Under the pieces are notes generated by a model. The model saw only the letters and a list, made by a program, of their open reading frames with translations, was not told the DNA's origin and did not search any database. 64,000 nucleotides of DNA from assembly GCA_963765495.1 (NCBI GenBank), contig CAVXWP010000001.1, positions 1,248,715 through 1,312,714 on the forward strand. The letters run 5' to 3'. This document shows, in pieces, positions 46,455 to 57,100 of this stretch. A program made the translations under genes and the position numbers. The DNA comes from Blastocatellia bacterium (lineage in GTDB: Bacteria; Acidobacteriota; Blastocatellia; UBA7656). The first letter of the stretch is position 1. The number at the start of each line of letters is the position of its first letter.

Positions 46455-49117
46455 TGTACACCCTCCATTCTAATTACTTCTCCTTCGAATAATTCGTGCG
46501 AACTCACCGGCTCTTCCTCAAAAGACAGGGGCAGTAAGACTTTGAACGTGCTGCCTACGCCTTCGGTCGAATCGACTTCCATCTTCCCTCCGTGTTCTGA
46601 AACGATGCCGTAGCAGACCGAAAGACCAAGACCCGTACCTCTGCCGAGGGGCTTGGTTGTAAAGAAAGGATCGAAAATCTTTTGCAGATGAGGAGCCGAT
46701 ATCCCACAACCCGTGTCCGTAAATTCGACCGATACGTTACGCTCGGGGCTCGCTTCGCTCCAGCCCGTTTTTATCGTCAGCGTGCCGTTGCCCTCCATCG
46801 CGTCGAAGGCGTTTGAGATCAAAGCGATGAATACCTGTTTCATCTGCCCTTCGTTGACCTGGACGGGCGTAAGCGTTTCATCGAGCAGTTTGACGACATT
46901 CATCTTGCCGAGCTTCGGATGATGTTTGATCAGTTGCAGCGTCTGCTCGATGATCTGATTGATATCGCTCGAAAGTTTTTCGGCCTGGCGCTGATGCGAG
47001 AAGTCGAGCAGGCTGTTTGTGATCGTCTTGCATCTGAAGGCTTCGTCCCGAACGATTTGCAGATATTCACTGAAATCCTGATTCAATTCCTGATCCTGCA
47101 ATTCGTCTACGCGGGCGGTCAGCGCCTCGGCGCAGGCCGCTATGGTCGCAAGCGGGTTGTTAAGCTCGTGGACAACGCCCGCGGCAAGCCTCCCGATCGA
47201 GGCAAGCTTTTCGGCGTGAATGACCGCCTCGTTCATCTTCTTTTGCTCGGTCACGTCTTCGCCTACGGTGATGACGTGAGTGACCTCGGCGTTATCTACG
47301 CGCATGGGTATTTTACTGATCTTCCAGACCTTCTTATGGCCTTCGACGAAAGACTCCTGCTCCATGCGGACCATTTCGCCGCTACGGAACACATCTACGA
47401 ATTCGCCTTCGAGTTTGCGGCGCGGCTGGCGCGTCAGGACGTGAAAGACGTTTCGCCCGAGGACTTCATCGCGACTGATGCCCCGGCCTCCGACCTCGCG
47501 ATTCCGGTTCCAGGCCACGATGCGCATATCGCGATCCACCACGTAAAGCGAGACGGGAAGCGAGTCAATTATCTTTTCGGTAAACCGTTTCTGTTCTTCG
47601 ATCTCTCGCGTGCGGCGGCTCACCTCGACCGCAAGGTTTATGGAAGTGTCTTTTGTGCTTTGATAGACCTCTGTATTTCTGATGGCGAGGCTGAGTTGCT
47701 GGGCGACGGCTCCGAGCAGTTTTTGATCGTCTGCGCTGAAAGGGCGTGGAGCGTGGCTTGCGCAAATGAGCGCGCCAAGCAGCGATTCATCGAAGATGAG
47801 CGGCACTATGGTTTCGATTGAAATATTCGGATCGCGCAGGAGGCGCTCTCTGACGCGGGTTTCAATGGTGGACTGGCCACCGAAATCCGAGCCCAGATAA
47901 CTCATCGCGCGCTCTTCGTTATACCAGTTGTTTGCCCCGTATTTCTCTTCGAGCGAGCGCGCGTAAATAGCCGAAGCGAGGCTTTCGGGTTCGTTTGCGG
48001 CCCGGACTACGACGGCGCAGATGTCGCATTCGAGGCTCTTGCCTACGCTGAAGACCGCATAGCCGAGCAACTCGTCCATTTCGAGCGAGGTCATGAGGTT
48101 GTTGCCGAGGTTATAGACAAAAGAAAGTTGAGCGGCGCTCTTTCTGGTTTCGACATATAGCCGGACATTTTCGAGCACGACGCTCAACTGATTGCAGATG
48201 GTTGTAAGCAACTCCGATTGCTGTTCGGGAAAACCCTTATGAGTGCGAGAGAACAGGCAAATCGCCCCGATGGCTTTGTCTTTTACACCTAAGGGGGCGC
48301 ATACGACGCTTTGAATCTTGCTCAACAGTTCCCCGGAAAACCCTTTGCGGGCGGAATCGGGGCGAAGTTCCAGCACTAAAGACCTGCCGTTCATCATCGG
48401 CGCGGTCTTCGAATAAAGGTCGAGCAGAGAGTGTCGGCTTTCATCATCGCCCGGGAAGCCTTCTGAGGCTACCACGTTCATGGACTGATTATCGTGATTT
48501 CTGAGGTAAACGACACCGGCATCGGCATTAAGATTCTTGACCAGGACCGCGAGCGTGCCTTTTATCAGGACATCGGGTTCGAGCGAGCTTGCAAGCACGC
48601 TTGAAACCGCGTGGAGAACATTCAATTGCTCGAATTTCTCTCTTAACTCGCGTTCGTTGCGATGGCTGCGAAGCTGCGCCTTTATACGCGAAAGCAACTC
48701 GGTCCTTTGATAAGGCCGGGTGATGTAATCGCTCGCGCCCGCGTTCAGGCAGGCCACTTTATCCTGCGGACGATGGCTCTTCGATATTATCGCTACGGGA
48801 AGCTCGGCGGTCGCCCGCGTCTGACGTATCTGTTTACAGAAGTCGAGCGCTTCCTGCGCCCAATTCAACCGCCGCAGGCTTTCGCCCGAATCGTCTTCGG
48901 CAGGCTCTATAGCTTTGGCCGCGATGCGAGATGCGTATATATCAATGATTACGAGCGAGACCTCGTTGGTATTGAGGAATTCTCGCGCCTCCTCGAAAGA
49001 GACGAACGTGTTTGATGTATAGCCTGTCGCCTGAAGCAAACGTTCTATTGCGCGGGCAGATTTGGCCTCATCTCCCAAAATCAGGAGGCGATCTGCTGAT
49101 TCGCCCTGGCTGGACAT
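46451..49117 (-). CDS. Cytoplasmic hybrid sensor histidine kinase (REC, GAF x2, PAS, HisKA, HATPase)
   Basis: 888 aa with no TM segment seen. N-terminal receiver-like domain (LVIIDIY...ISK), H-box HELNNPLATI and G2 box GTGLGLSV. 4-nt overlap with the RR gene. Confidence 0.8.
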   Translation of the reverse strand: MSSQGESADRLLILGDEAKSARAIERLLQATGYTSNTFVSFEEAREFLNTNEVSLVIIDIYASRIAAKAIEPAEDDSGESLRRLNWAQEALDFCKQIRQTRATAELPVAIISKSHRPQDKVACLNAGASDYITRPYQRTELLSRIKAQLRSHRNERELREKFEQLNVLHAVSSVLASSLEPDVLIKGTLAVLVKNLNADAGVVYLRNHDNQSMNVVASEGFPGDDESRHSLLDLYSKTAPMMNGRSLVLELRPDSARKGFSGELLSKIQSVVCAPLGVKDKAIGAICLFSRTHKGFPEQQSELLTTICNQLSVVLENVRLYVETRKSAAQLSFVYNLGNNLMTSLEMDELLGYAVFSVGKSLECDICAVVVRAANEPESLASAIYARSLEEKYGANNWYNEERAMSYLGSDFGGQSTIETRVRERLLRDPNISIETIVPLIFDESLLGALICASHAPRPFSADDQKLLGAVAQQLSLAIRNTEVYQSTKDTSINLAVEVSRRTREIEEQKRFTEKIIDSLPVSLYVVDRDMRIVAWNRNREVGGRGISRDEVLGRNVFHVLTRQPRRKLEGEFVDVFRSGEMVRMEQESFVEGHKKVWKISKIPMRVDNAEVTHVITVGEDVTEQKKMNEAVIHAEKLASIGRLAAGVVHELNNPLATIAACAEALTARVDELQDQELNQDFSEYLQIVRDEAFRCKTITNSLLDFSHQRQAEKLSSDINQIIEQTLQLIKHHPKLGKMNVVKLLDETLTPVQVNEGQMKQVFIALISNAFDAMEGNGTLTIKTGWSEASPERNVSVEFTDTGCGISAPHLQKIFDPFFTTKPLGRGTGLGLSVCYGIVSEHGGKMEVDSTEGVGSTFKVLLPLSFEEEPVSSHELFEGEVIRMEGVQ

Positions 49118-49290
49118 ACGGATGCCTGCTTTAGATGCGGGGCTGCGGGGTGGTTTTAGGGGCTTGCCAAATTGATTGAAGCGGGGCCAATTTAAGTCAT
49201 TTTGACGGATGTGTCAACACAATAATGAAAAGGTGAGGGCAGGTTTTAAAAGGTGAAGACCTGTTTTAAGGCGAGTATCAAACGTGGATC

Positions 49291-49411
49291 GATGCGTGGA
49301 GCGTGATGCGTGAAGGGTGATGCGTGATTTAGCAGGCCTGCAACATGCTTTTGACATGCAGGCTCCTTAAAATCACGTATCACGCATCACTCTTCACTTT
49401 CCACGCATCAC
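49291..49411. repeat. Heptamer-built palindrome (GTGATGC type), inverted orientation relative to the 45.0-kb copy; abuts the recA stop
   Basis: Left arm gatgcgtggagcgtgatgcgtgaagggtgatgcgtgattt. Right arm aaaatcacgtatcacgcatcactcttcactttccacgcatcac. The loop agcaggcctgcaac is the reverse complement of the gttgcaggcctgct-like loop at 45.0 kb. Confidence 0.8.
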
Positions 49412-50469
49412 TCTTTTGGCGCGGCTTTGCGAGAAGAAGTCTTCGCTTCGGTCTCCGGCTCTTGAACCTGTTCCGGGAGTCCGAGCGCCTGACGCACTTC
49501 GGTCTCGATCCGGGCAGCCATTTCAGGCTCAGACTTGAGAAGGTTTTTGACGTTTTCGCGTCCCTGCCCGAGCCGCTCGCCTTGAAAGCTGAACCAGGCT
49601 CCGCTTTTATCCACTATTTTGTGAGTGACGGCAAGGTCCAGAAGATCGCCTTCGTGCGATATTCCCTGACCATACATAATGTCGAATTCGGCCTCCTTAA
49701 ACGGAGGGGCCACCTTATTCTTGACTACCTTGACCCTCGTGCGGTTGCCGACTACCTGATCGCCGTCTTTTATGGAGCTGGTTCGACGAATATCGAGTCT
49801 GACCGAGGAGTAGAATTTCAGGGCGCGACCGCCTGTAGTGGTTTCAGGCGAGCCGAACATTACGCCTATCTTTTCGCGAATCTGGTTGATAAAAATAAGC
49901 GTGGTATTCGAGCGCGCCACGACGGCCGTCAGTTTCCTGAGCGCCTGAGACATCAACCGCGCCTGCAAACCCGGCAGCGAATCTCCCATGTCGCCGTCGA
50001 GTTCGGCGCGCGGCACAAGGGCTGCGACCGAATCTATTACCAGCACATCAACGCCGTTTGACCGGACGAGCGCTTCGGTGATCTCAAGCGCCTGCTCGCC
50101 GGAATCAGGTTGCGAGATAAAGAGGTCGTCTACTTTGACCCCGAGTCTTCCGGCATACTCGGCATCCATCGCGTGTTCGGCGTCAATATAGGCGGCAACG
50201 CCTCCCTGTCGTTGCGCCTGCGCGACAATATGGAGGGCGAGCGTAGTCTTGCCGCCTGATTCGGGGCCGTATATCTCGACTATGCGCCCGCGCGGCACGC
50301 CGCCTACCCCGATTGCTGCGTCCAGGCTCAGACACGATGTAGAGATGGTCGGAACATCGACTACCTTTTTCTCTCCGAGTCGCATGATCGAGCCTTTGCC
50401 AAATTGTTTTTCAATATGCGCAATCGCTGCGTCAATTGCGCGGTTTCTCTCCGCACGTTCATCTGCCAT
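49408..50469 (-). CDS. recA: Recombinase A
   Basis: 353 aa. [14 protein letters not shown], Walker [18 protein letters not shown] and [14 protein letters not shown]. Confidence 0.97.
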   Translation of the reverse strand: MADERAERNRAIDAAIAHIEKQFGKGSIMRLGEKKVVDVPTISTSCLSLDAAIGVGGVPRGRIVEIYGPESGGKTTLALHIVAQAQRQGGVAAYIDAEHAMDAEYAGRLGVKVDDLFISQPDSGEQALEITEALVRSNGVDVLVIDSVAALVPRAELDGDMGDSLPGLQARLMSQALRKLTAVVARSNTTLIFINQIREKIGVMFGSPETTTGGRALKFYSSVRLDIRRTSSIKDGDQVVGNRTRVKVVKNKVAPPFKEAEFDIMYGQGISHEGDLLDLAVTHKIVDKSGAWFSFQGERLGQGRENVKNLLKSEPEMAARIETEVRQALGLPEQVQEPETEAKTSSRKAAPKE

Positions 50470-50588
50470 ATTTTGATGAATGGTTCCTTTCTATAAGAGT
50501 GAATTTTAAGGGTAAATTATAGCACATCGCGCCTTGCGCTCCTAAGTCAAATCTCGACGCGCAGGAGCGGTTTGCGGAAAGGAAAAAA

Positions 50589-50609
50589 GGCGCCGGTTTA
50601 ACCGACGCC
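50589..50609 (-). terminator. Orphan Rho-independent-type terminator 120 nt upstream of recA
   Basis: Stem ggcgccgg with ccgacgcc (one mismatch) and a 5-nt loop. A6 on the plus strand gives a T6 run after the hairpin on the minus strand. No convincing minus-strand gene lies upstream of it. Confidence 0.4.
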
Positions 50610-51368
50610 CTTGGCCCCTCAGGTTATAATTGGCAAGCATCGTTGGGTGGGTAATGCTTATCTGCTTATAGACTTCTGCAACCCCCGTACCAGAAAGCCT
50701 GATCGGGCGCAAACCCGTGGAATCTCCCATTTCATGTCGTTTTACTATCACCGGAAACGGCCCCGCTTCCTTTATTCTCTAGCATTTATGTGTCTGTTTT
50801 GTAAGATTCTGGGACAACTATTCCCCACCTCGATCTCAGAGTTATAATGATCGAATAAAGGCTGTTTTAGGGTAAATTGGTCTGCTAATCGAACACTTTG
50901 AATCTTAATAAGACGAACACTGCGTATTGAAAACGCTGATGTGGATGAGAATGAGCCTTGAGCCTCTTGGCGGAGGTCTCTGATTTTGGGTTTAAGGAAT
51001 AAAAAACTTGATTCATGGATTTTCAAGGAGACGGTTTGAACGACAGGGGTAGCCATCTGCGCGTTGGAGGCTTTCGAAGGGCGCAGAATGCTTAAAAGCC
51101 TGCGGCAAGGGGTGCGTGAGGGGGGCAGGCAACCCGATGGCATATAAGTTGCACAAAAGCGGTGTGGGAAGAACAAAACGGCGCTGGTCGCCTGAGCGGA
51201 GCAAAGAAAAGTGCAAGAATACGGGGATAAAAAGTTCTTGAAACAAAAGAGAGCAAAGGGCGTTAGAAGGGGTTGAATGTGGCCCCATCGCAACAGTGGG
51301 GATGAAGGCAACATTCTGGAATTTAAGGTAGAGCAAAAAGTATTTCGAAAAGAAAAAGGGTGGAAGAA

Positions 51369-51755
51369 ATGGCAAAGAATATTAGTTCAAAGAGCAGAGT
51401 GGCTAGAACAGAAACCAGAACGGCAAGAATCGATTTTGGATCGCTCGATCCGAATGAGCTGAAGACCATTGTTCGCGACGGGCTGGTCACTATGAATATG
51501 GCCGAACGCGAGGAATTTATACAGATGCTTGAAGCGAAAATGAGACAGGCGAGCCTCAACATGAGGGCCTATCTCGTACCGCTCGGCATACCGGGCAGAA
51601 GCCCCGAGGACCTTACACCTACGGAGGTGGGGCACCTGATCAGATTCCTCAAATTCAATGTCCCGCGAGCGATGCCGGCAGTCATAAGTGCCCTGTCAGG
51701 ATACGGCGTCTTTGCGGAGAAGACCGCCGACTACGCGGGTCCGATGGCCGCTTGA
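51369..51755 (+). CDS. Hypothetical protein (128 aa)
   Basis: ATG at 51369 preceded by AAAGGGTGGAAGAA. Composition is protein-like. No motif recognised. A hairpin follows. Confidence 0.45.
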   Translation: MAKNISSKSRVARTETRTARIDFGSLDPNELKTIVRDGLVTMNMAEREEFIQMLEAKMRQASLNMRAYLVPLGIPGRSPEDLTPTEVGHLIRFLKFNVPRAMPAVISALSGYGVFAEKTADYAGPMAA

Positions 51756-51779
51756 TCGGCTCAATTCGATTGCTACACT

Positions 51780-51817
51780 GATGCCCGCCCGGTTTCCCCA
51801 AGGATCGGGCGGGCATC
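51780..51817 (+). terminator. 12-bp GC-rich stem-loop after the 128-aa ORF
   Basis: gatgcccgcccg (51780-51791) with cgggcgggcatc (51806-51817). There is no U-tract, so function is uncertain. Confidence 0.4.
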
Positions 51818-52293
51818 GTTGCGTGCAGAATGGATAGAGACCTTCCCAACCATCTCCATAAATCAATCCCGCCTCTTTGATCGGCATTTTTCAGAGAGCG
51901 CAGGGAAGCCTAAACGCCACTCCACTGAGGCATTTATGTCTCGGCAAAGCCCCCTGCTTTGCAGTCATAGTCAGTCAACGTGTATACTAAGGATCACGAG
52001 TGTTTTGGCATTGAGGTTGCAGTTGACCGATTGCCCGGTTGAGGCAAACTGCGTAGTATCAAGCCAAACAACCTGAGAAATTTATAATCACCGGCAGCGC
52101 CAGGTCTCGCTCGCCTCACACTGCTCGACGGAGCGGCTGACAAATAACAGTGTCTCGGGGGGGGCCCCAATTGCCGGAAAATCACTGCTTCCGATTGCTC
52201 TGGCCGCGTTTACAGACGCCGGGCTTAAGGGCCGGACGCAGATAATCGTTGATCCGTTCAAACAATCAAGAATGTGGGTGGAGAACCATTTTT

Positions 52294-53898
52294 ATGACTA
52301 ATACTGATTCTAATATCTCGAAAGCCAATCATGCGCGTCTTGATGCCGTCGCTCAAAAATTGTTGCCGAGGCGCAATCTGATACTCGCTTCAAATCGCGG
52401 TCCCATCGAATACCAGTGGAATGAATGGACCTCGGCGTGGGAGGGCAAGCGTGGGGCGGGTGGGGTGGTTACGGCTATGAGCGCAGTCAGCCGGTTTATC
52501 AACCCCGTCTGGATTGCCTGTGCAATGACCGAGGGTGACCGCAATCTGGCCGATGAGGTTGGCAATGAGTACATAAAGTGGTCGCAGGGCGAGTATCAAT
52601 ACCGCCTGCGCTTCGTTGCCCCGAGCGAAGAGGCTTACAACGATTACTACGGGCGCATAAGCAATCCTCTGCTCTGGTTTTTGCAGCATTACATGTGGGA
52701 CGCCTCGCGCACGCCTAACATTACTCGCGCAACCCGGCAGGCGTGGGAGCATTACAAGAGCGTCAACTCGCAGATAGCCGATTGTATTCGGCAAGAGATC
52801 GCCCGAGCAGAAAAACCGCCCGTCGTTATGCTCCACGATTATCACCTCTACCTGTGCGCGGGTTTGCTCCGTCCCGAGCTTAACCCTGAAACCGTACTGA
52901 CGCACTTTATTCACATACCCTGGCCGGAGCCGGGATACTGGGGGCTGTTGCCGGGCGATTTTCGCGAGAGCATATTTCGCAGCCTTGCGGCCTGTGACCT
53001 GGTTGGTTTCCAGACATCGACCTTCGCGCGCAACTTCCTCCACACCTGCGCCGAATTCATTCCCGAAGCCGAGGTGAATCTGAGTGAAAGAACGGTGACT
53101 ATTGACGGGCATAAGACCTATGTTCGATCTTATCCGATCTCGATTGATGTAGAGGGAGTGATGGCGCTCGGCGAGTCGGTCGAGGTCCGCGAGTACAGAC
53201 AGAGGCTCAGAGCCAGATGCGGCGACCAGACCATAGTTCGCATAGATCGAATAGAACCGAGTAAGAACATCGTTCGCGGTTTTCAGGCCCTTGAGCAGTT
53301 GCTGGAAGATTACCCCGAGTATCACGGGCGATTAAAGCTTTTGACCTTTCTGGTTCCGTCGCGGCTATCGGTCGAAGAGTATAAGAAATATCTTGAAGAG
53401 ATCATGGTGAGCGCCGGGTGGATCAACACCAGATTCTCTGATGGAAACTGGCAGCCTATAGATTTGATCGTGGGCGAAAACTATGAGCGAGCGATAGCCG
53501 CCATGCAGCTTTACGATGTGCTGCTCGTAAATCCTGTGATCGACGGCATGAATCTGGTGGCCAAGGAAGGCGCAATACTGAATCAGAACAATGGAGTGAT
53601 ATTGCTTTCCGAAGGAGCCGGGGCCTCAGAGCAGTTGGGTAAAGGCACGATGGTCGTCTCGCCCGCCGACGTTATCGGCACAAGCGAAGCCCTGCGCAAG
53701 GCGCTCGAGATGCCTTTCGAAGAGCGAGCGCAAAAGGCCGAATGGCTCAGTCGCGCCGTCATGGAAGAAGACATTACCATGTGGCTCTGTCATCAATTTC
53801 AGGACATACTCGAATTATTTGTGGAGCCTGAAACCTCATCCGAAGAATTGACCGATTCAAAGACGATGGCGGCAACCGACAAACGGGCAGCGAAGTAA
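52294..53898 (+). CDS. otsA: Alpha,alpha-trehalose-phosphate synthase (GT20)
   Basis: Start set at the ATG at 52294 (GGTGGAG RBS). LILASNRGPIEY, HDYHLYL and DGMNLVAKE are GT20/OtsA hallmarks. No otsB is adjacent. Confidence 0.85.
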   Translation: MTNTDSNISKANHARLDAVAQKLLPRRNLILASNRGPIEYQWNEWTSAWEGKRGAGGVVTAMSAVSRFINPVWIACAMTEGDRNLADEVGNEYIKWSQGEYQYRLRFVAPSEEAYNDYYGRISNPLLWFLQHYMWDASRTPNITRATRQAWEHYKSVNSQIADCIRQEIARAEKPPVVMLHDYHLYLCAGLLRPELNPETVLTHFIHIPWPEPGYWGLLPGDFRESIFRSLAACDLVGFQTSTFARNFLHTCAEFIPEAEVNLSERTVTIDGHKTYVRSYPISIDVEGVMALGESVEVREYRQRLRARCGDQTIVRIDRIEPSKNIVRGFQALEQLLEDYPEYHGRLKLLTFLVPSRLSVEEYKKYLEEIMVSAGWINTRFSDGNWQPIDLIVGENYERAIAAMQLYDVLLVNPVIDGMNLVAKEGAILNQNNGVILLSEGAGASEQLGKGTMVVSPADVIGTSEALRKALEMPFEERAQKAEWLSRAVMEEDITMWLCHQFQDILELFVEPETSSEELTDSKTMAATDKRAAK

Positions 53899-53930
53899 AA
53901 AAACTCCGACATATCGGTTAGATAAGAAGG

Positions 53931-54003
53931 AACCAGCCACAGAGGCACCGCAGCCACAGAGAAAAGCCAATAAAATTCTCTGTGGCTCTGTGGCTCTGTG
54001 GTT
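53931..54003 (+). terminator. Heptamer-built hairpin (CCACAGAG type), otsA terminator
   Basis: Left arm aaccagccacagaggcaccgcagccacagagaa, right arm ttctctgtggctctgtggctctgtggtt, loop ~12 nt. Followed by ATTTTGAATTCTTTCTTTT. Confidence 0.7.
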
Positions 54004-54148
54004 ATTTTGAATTCTTTCTTTTGCGCCCCGGGTTGATCCCTTCATTGGGCCTCTCTCACTCGAGACTTTCTAATCCCGACCGGATTACTGTAAAATCTCG
54101 GCTACGAACCGAATAGATGGTGAAGGGATTCGTCGCACAGGCTGCCGG

Positions 54149-57100
54149 ATGAGAAAAGCTGTTTCATCAATCACGATACTGTTAATTGTGGTGCTGTTTG
54201 CGCCTCTCGGCTTCTCGCCGCTTGTTCGGGCGCAGTCGGGCGAAGAGAAACAACAGCCCTCAAGCCCCACGCTTGAAAAGGCGCGGCAGATAGCCGCCCT
54301 CGTTGAATCGAGAGATTCACAGGCCCTGAGCAAAATCAGAGAGGCGCTTTCAAGCGATGACTGGTATGTCAGAGGGACGGCTGCGGAAGCTCTCGGGCAT
54401 CTGGGCGACAAATCGGCCGCCCGGGATTTGCTCCCTTTGATTGAGGACCGGAACTGGTTTGTCAGGAACGCTGCGCTGTGGTCTTTGATAGCTCTCAAAG
54501 AGGCGTCGGTCGCCGCAGATGTTCAAAAGCTTGTGGAATCGTCCGACCCGTATGAGCGGGCGCAGGCCCTGACCGCGCTTGGACAGTTCAATTACACACC
54601 CGCCACCGACTCGTTGATTCAGGCGCTCGCAGATGAAAACGAGCAGGTCAGGCGCGCTGCCGCCTCTGCCCTCGGCGAAATGAAGGCTTCCCGATCCGTC
54701 GATGCGCTTCTGCCTCTGCTGAAAGATGATGACCCGGCTGTAAGAACATCCGCCGTCATAGCGCTCGGCAAGCTGGGAAACAGCCGCGCCGAGCCGATGA
54801 TCGCCGCTTTGCTGGCAGACGCAGGCGAAGACTCCTGGCAATACGCCGCATCGCTTTATCGCCTGGGGAATCGCGATCATCTGGAGGGCGTCACATCAGC
54901 GCTCAAGAGTCCTTACCCGGATGTGAGACTTCAGGCCCTAAATACCGTTGCCGAATTTGGCGATGCGCGGGCATTGCCGGATGTCTTAGAGATGGCAAAA
55001 ACGGCTTCGGCGAAGGCTTCCGATGCGACCGGCGACAGGGAAGCCCTGGAGATGCGTCTGGGGGTTGCGCGATCTTTATACAGGTTTGAAGGCGAGCAAT
55101 CGCGCGAGGCTCTCATAACGATGCTCGAAGACCCCACGCCGCAGGTTCGAGCCGTCGCCGTCGAATCGCTTGGCAAGGTCGGGGCGGGCACAGGGGGCAG
55201 CGATCAATCCGGGCGTTTGCTTTCGGCGCTCATCAGTCTTTTAAGCAAAGAAAAATCCCCTGTGGTAGTCTCGGCGCTGGGCGAATCGCTCGCCTCGTTT
55301 GATCGCAATCGGGTGATCGATCTTTTGCTCGAATCGCGCAAGGCAGACGGCAAGCTCAGCCCGAATGTGGCATCGGCGCTTCAAGCGGTGGATGTAACTA
55401 CGGATACCTTGATAGCGAGGTTGAATTCGACCGATGCCGACGAGAGAATGCGCGCAGCCGAACGTCTTGGCCTGCTGGGCGACCAGCAGGCGGTCGAGCC
55501 GTTGATGGCGGTGCTTGCCGCTTCAAAAGAGGTCGAACTGCGCGCACGGACGGCCTCGGCGCTTGGCGAACTCGGCGACAGGCGAGCGGTCGATGCCTTG
55601 ATCGAAGCATCAGGCGCGCCTGAAAAAGAGGTGAAAAGGGCTGCTGTGACTTCGCTTGGATTGATAGGCGATCCGGCGGCGACCGACACCCTTTTCCGCG
55701 CCGCCAGAGACAGCGACCCCGCCGTGCACGCCTCGGCCGTACGGTCTCTGGCCCTGCTTGGAATTTCAGTCGAACGGCTCGCAACGGATTTGTCGAACCC
55801 CAACTGGCAGGTCAGGGCCGCTGCCGTTTCTACACTTGCCCGCCTTGGCGACCGCTCGGCCGTACCCACGGTCATCGACGCGCTCAAAGACCGCGACCCC
55901 AGAGTGCGCGCCGAGGCGGCAACCACGCTCAGCGCGCTTGAAGACCCTAGCGCAATCAGTCCGTTGATAGGTGCGCTTGGTGATACGAGCGCGGATGTCA
56001 GGATTCAGGCTACCACGGCGCTTGGCAGATTCAAGGACAACCGCGCCCTTGCTCCTCTGACCGGGTTGCTCAATGACAGGGACTCTCGCGTGAGTCTGGC
56101 CGCGGCAGAATCGCTTGCGCGTATGCAGGACCCACGGGCCACTCGGGTGCTGATCGAATCGCTCTCAAAAGAGGATTATCGCGTGCGCGCCCGCGCGGCT
56201 CAGGTGCTTGCCAGGGTCTCTGCCGAAGGCAATACGGATCAGGCGCTCCCGGCTCTGGCTTCGGCTATCCGCGACAGGGACCCGGTGGTTCGTTATTACG
56301 CGTCGGAGGCATTGGAGGGGGCCGGAGCCAAATCGGTGCCGCTGCTAATACAGCTTTTGCGATCCGAGCGCGAAGCCGACCGGGGCAGGGCAGGGCGAGT
56401 TTTGTGGCGACTGGGAAAGCCCTCGGTCGAGCCGCTGATCGCCCTCCTGGAAGATCGCTCTTCAACGCCTGAGACGCGGGCAGTCGCCGCAAGCACGCTC
56501 GGTATGATAGGCGATGCCCGCGCCATCAAACCGCTGACCGCGCTCTTGAAAGATGAGCGTTACTTTGTCCGCCAGCAGGCCGCGCGCGCGCTCGGACAGA
56601 TGGGCGAGCCTGCAATCGAGCAGGTGCTCGGTATGACCACCTCATCTGTCCCTGCCACAAGAGAGGCGGCGATAGAGGCGCTTGGCGGCATCAATTCCGC
56701 GACCTCGATTGACAGAATAATCGAAGCGCTTTCCGACTCGAACCCTGCCGTTCGGGCAGCGGCGGTGCGGGCGCTCGGAGAGAGTGCAAACGAGCGGGCC
56801 GTCGCGCCTCTGATGACCCTGATGCGAGACGAATCGAGCCCGCTCCGTCCGCAGGCCGCCGCCTCGCTTGCCAAACTCGGCCCCGTGGCCTTGCCCGGAC
56901 TCATCTCAGCGCTCAGAGCCGACCATCCTTCCACCCGCGCTCTTGCATCCGAATCGCTGGGCTACATCGCTTCGCCCGAAGCCGTTCAACCGCTCATTAG
57001 TCTGGTCAGGACCGATTCGTCGGGCGCTCGCTCGGAAGCCATCGAGGCGCTCGGCAAAATAGGCGATCCGGCTGCCATAGATGCTATAATTCAAGCGATT

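Noticed and set aside
50516-50550. Possible recA promoter on the minus strand: TTGACT (50545-50550) and TATAAT (50516-50521).
   Set aside because: The spacer is 23 nt, far from the 16-19 nt optimum. I also found no GTTC-N7-GTTC or other LexA-box-like repeat I could defend.
50772-51314. 180-aa minus-strand ORF (and the overlapping 120-aa ORF at 51013-51375) in the recA-otsA gap.
   Set aside because: The translation is implausible (runs of S/F/L/C/P), there is no start context, and the two ORFs overlap each other in different frames. I treat the region as non-coding or decayed.
50610-51350. Looked for tmRNA, RNase P RNA, SRP RNA or 6S RNA in the gene-poor region.
   Set aside because: None of the signatures I know by heart is present on either strand (GAGGAAAGTCC for RNase P, GGTTCGATTCC...CCA for the tmRNA end, CAGGTCCGGAAGGAAGCAGCC for SRP). 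6S RNA cannot be judged by eye. The region is left as an open question in the findings.
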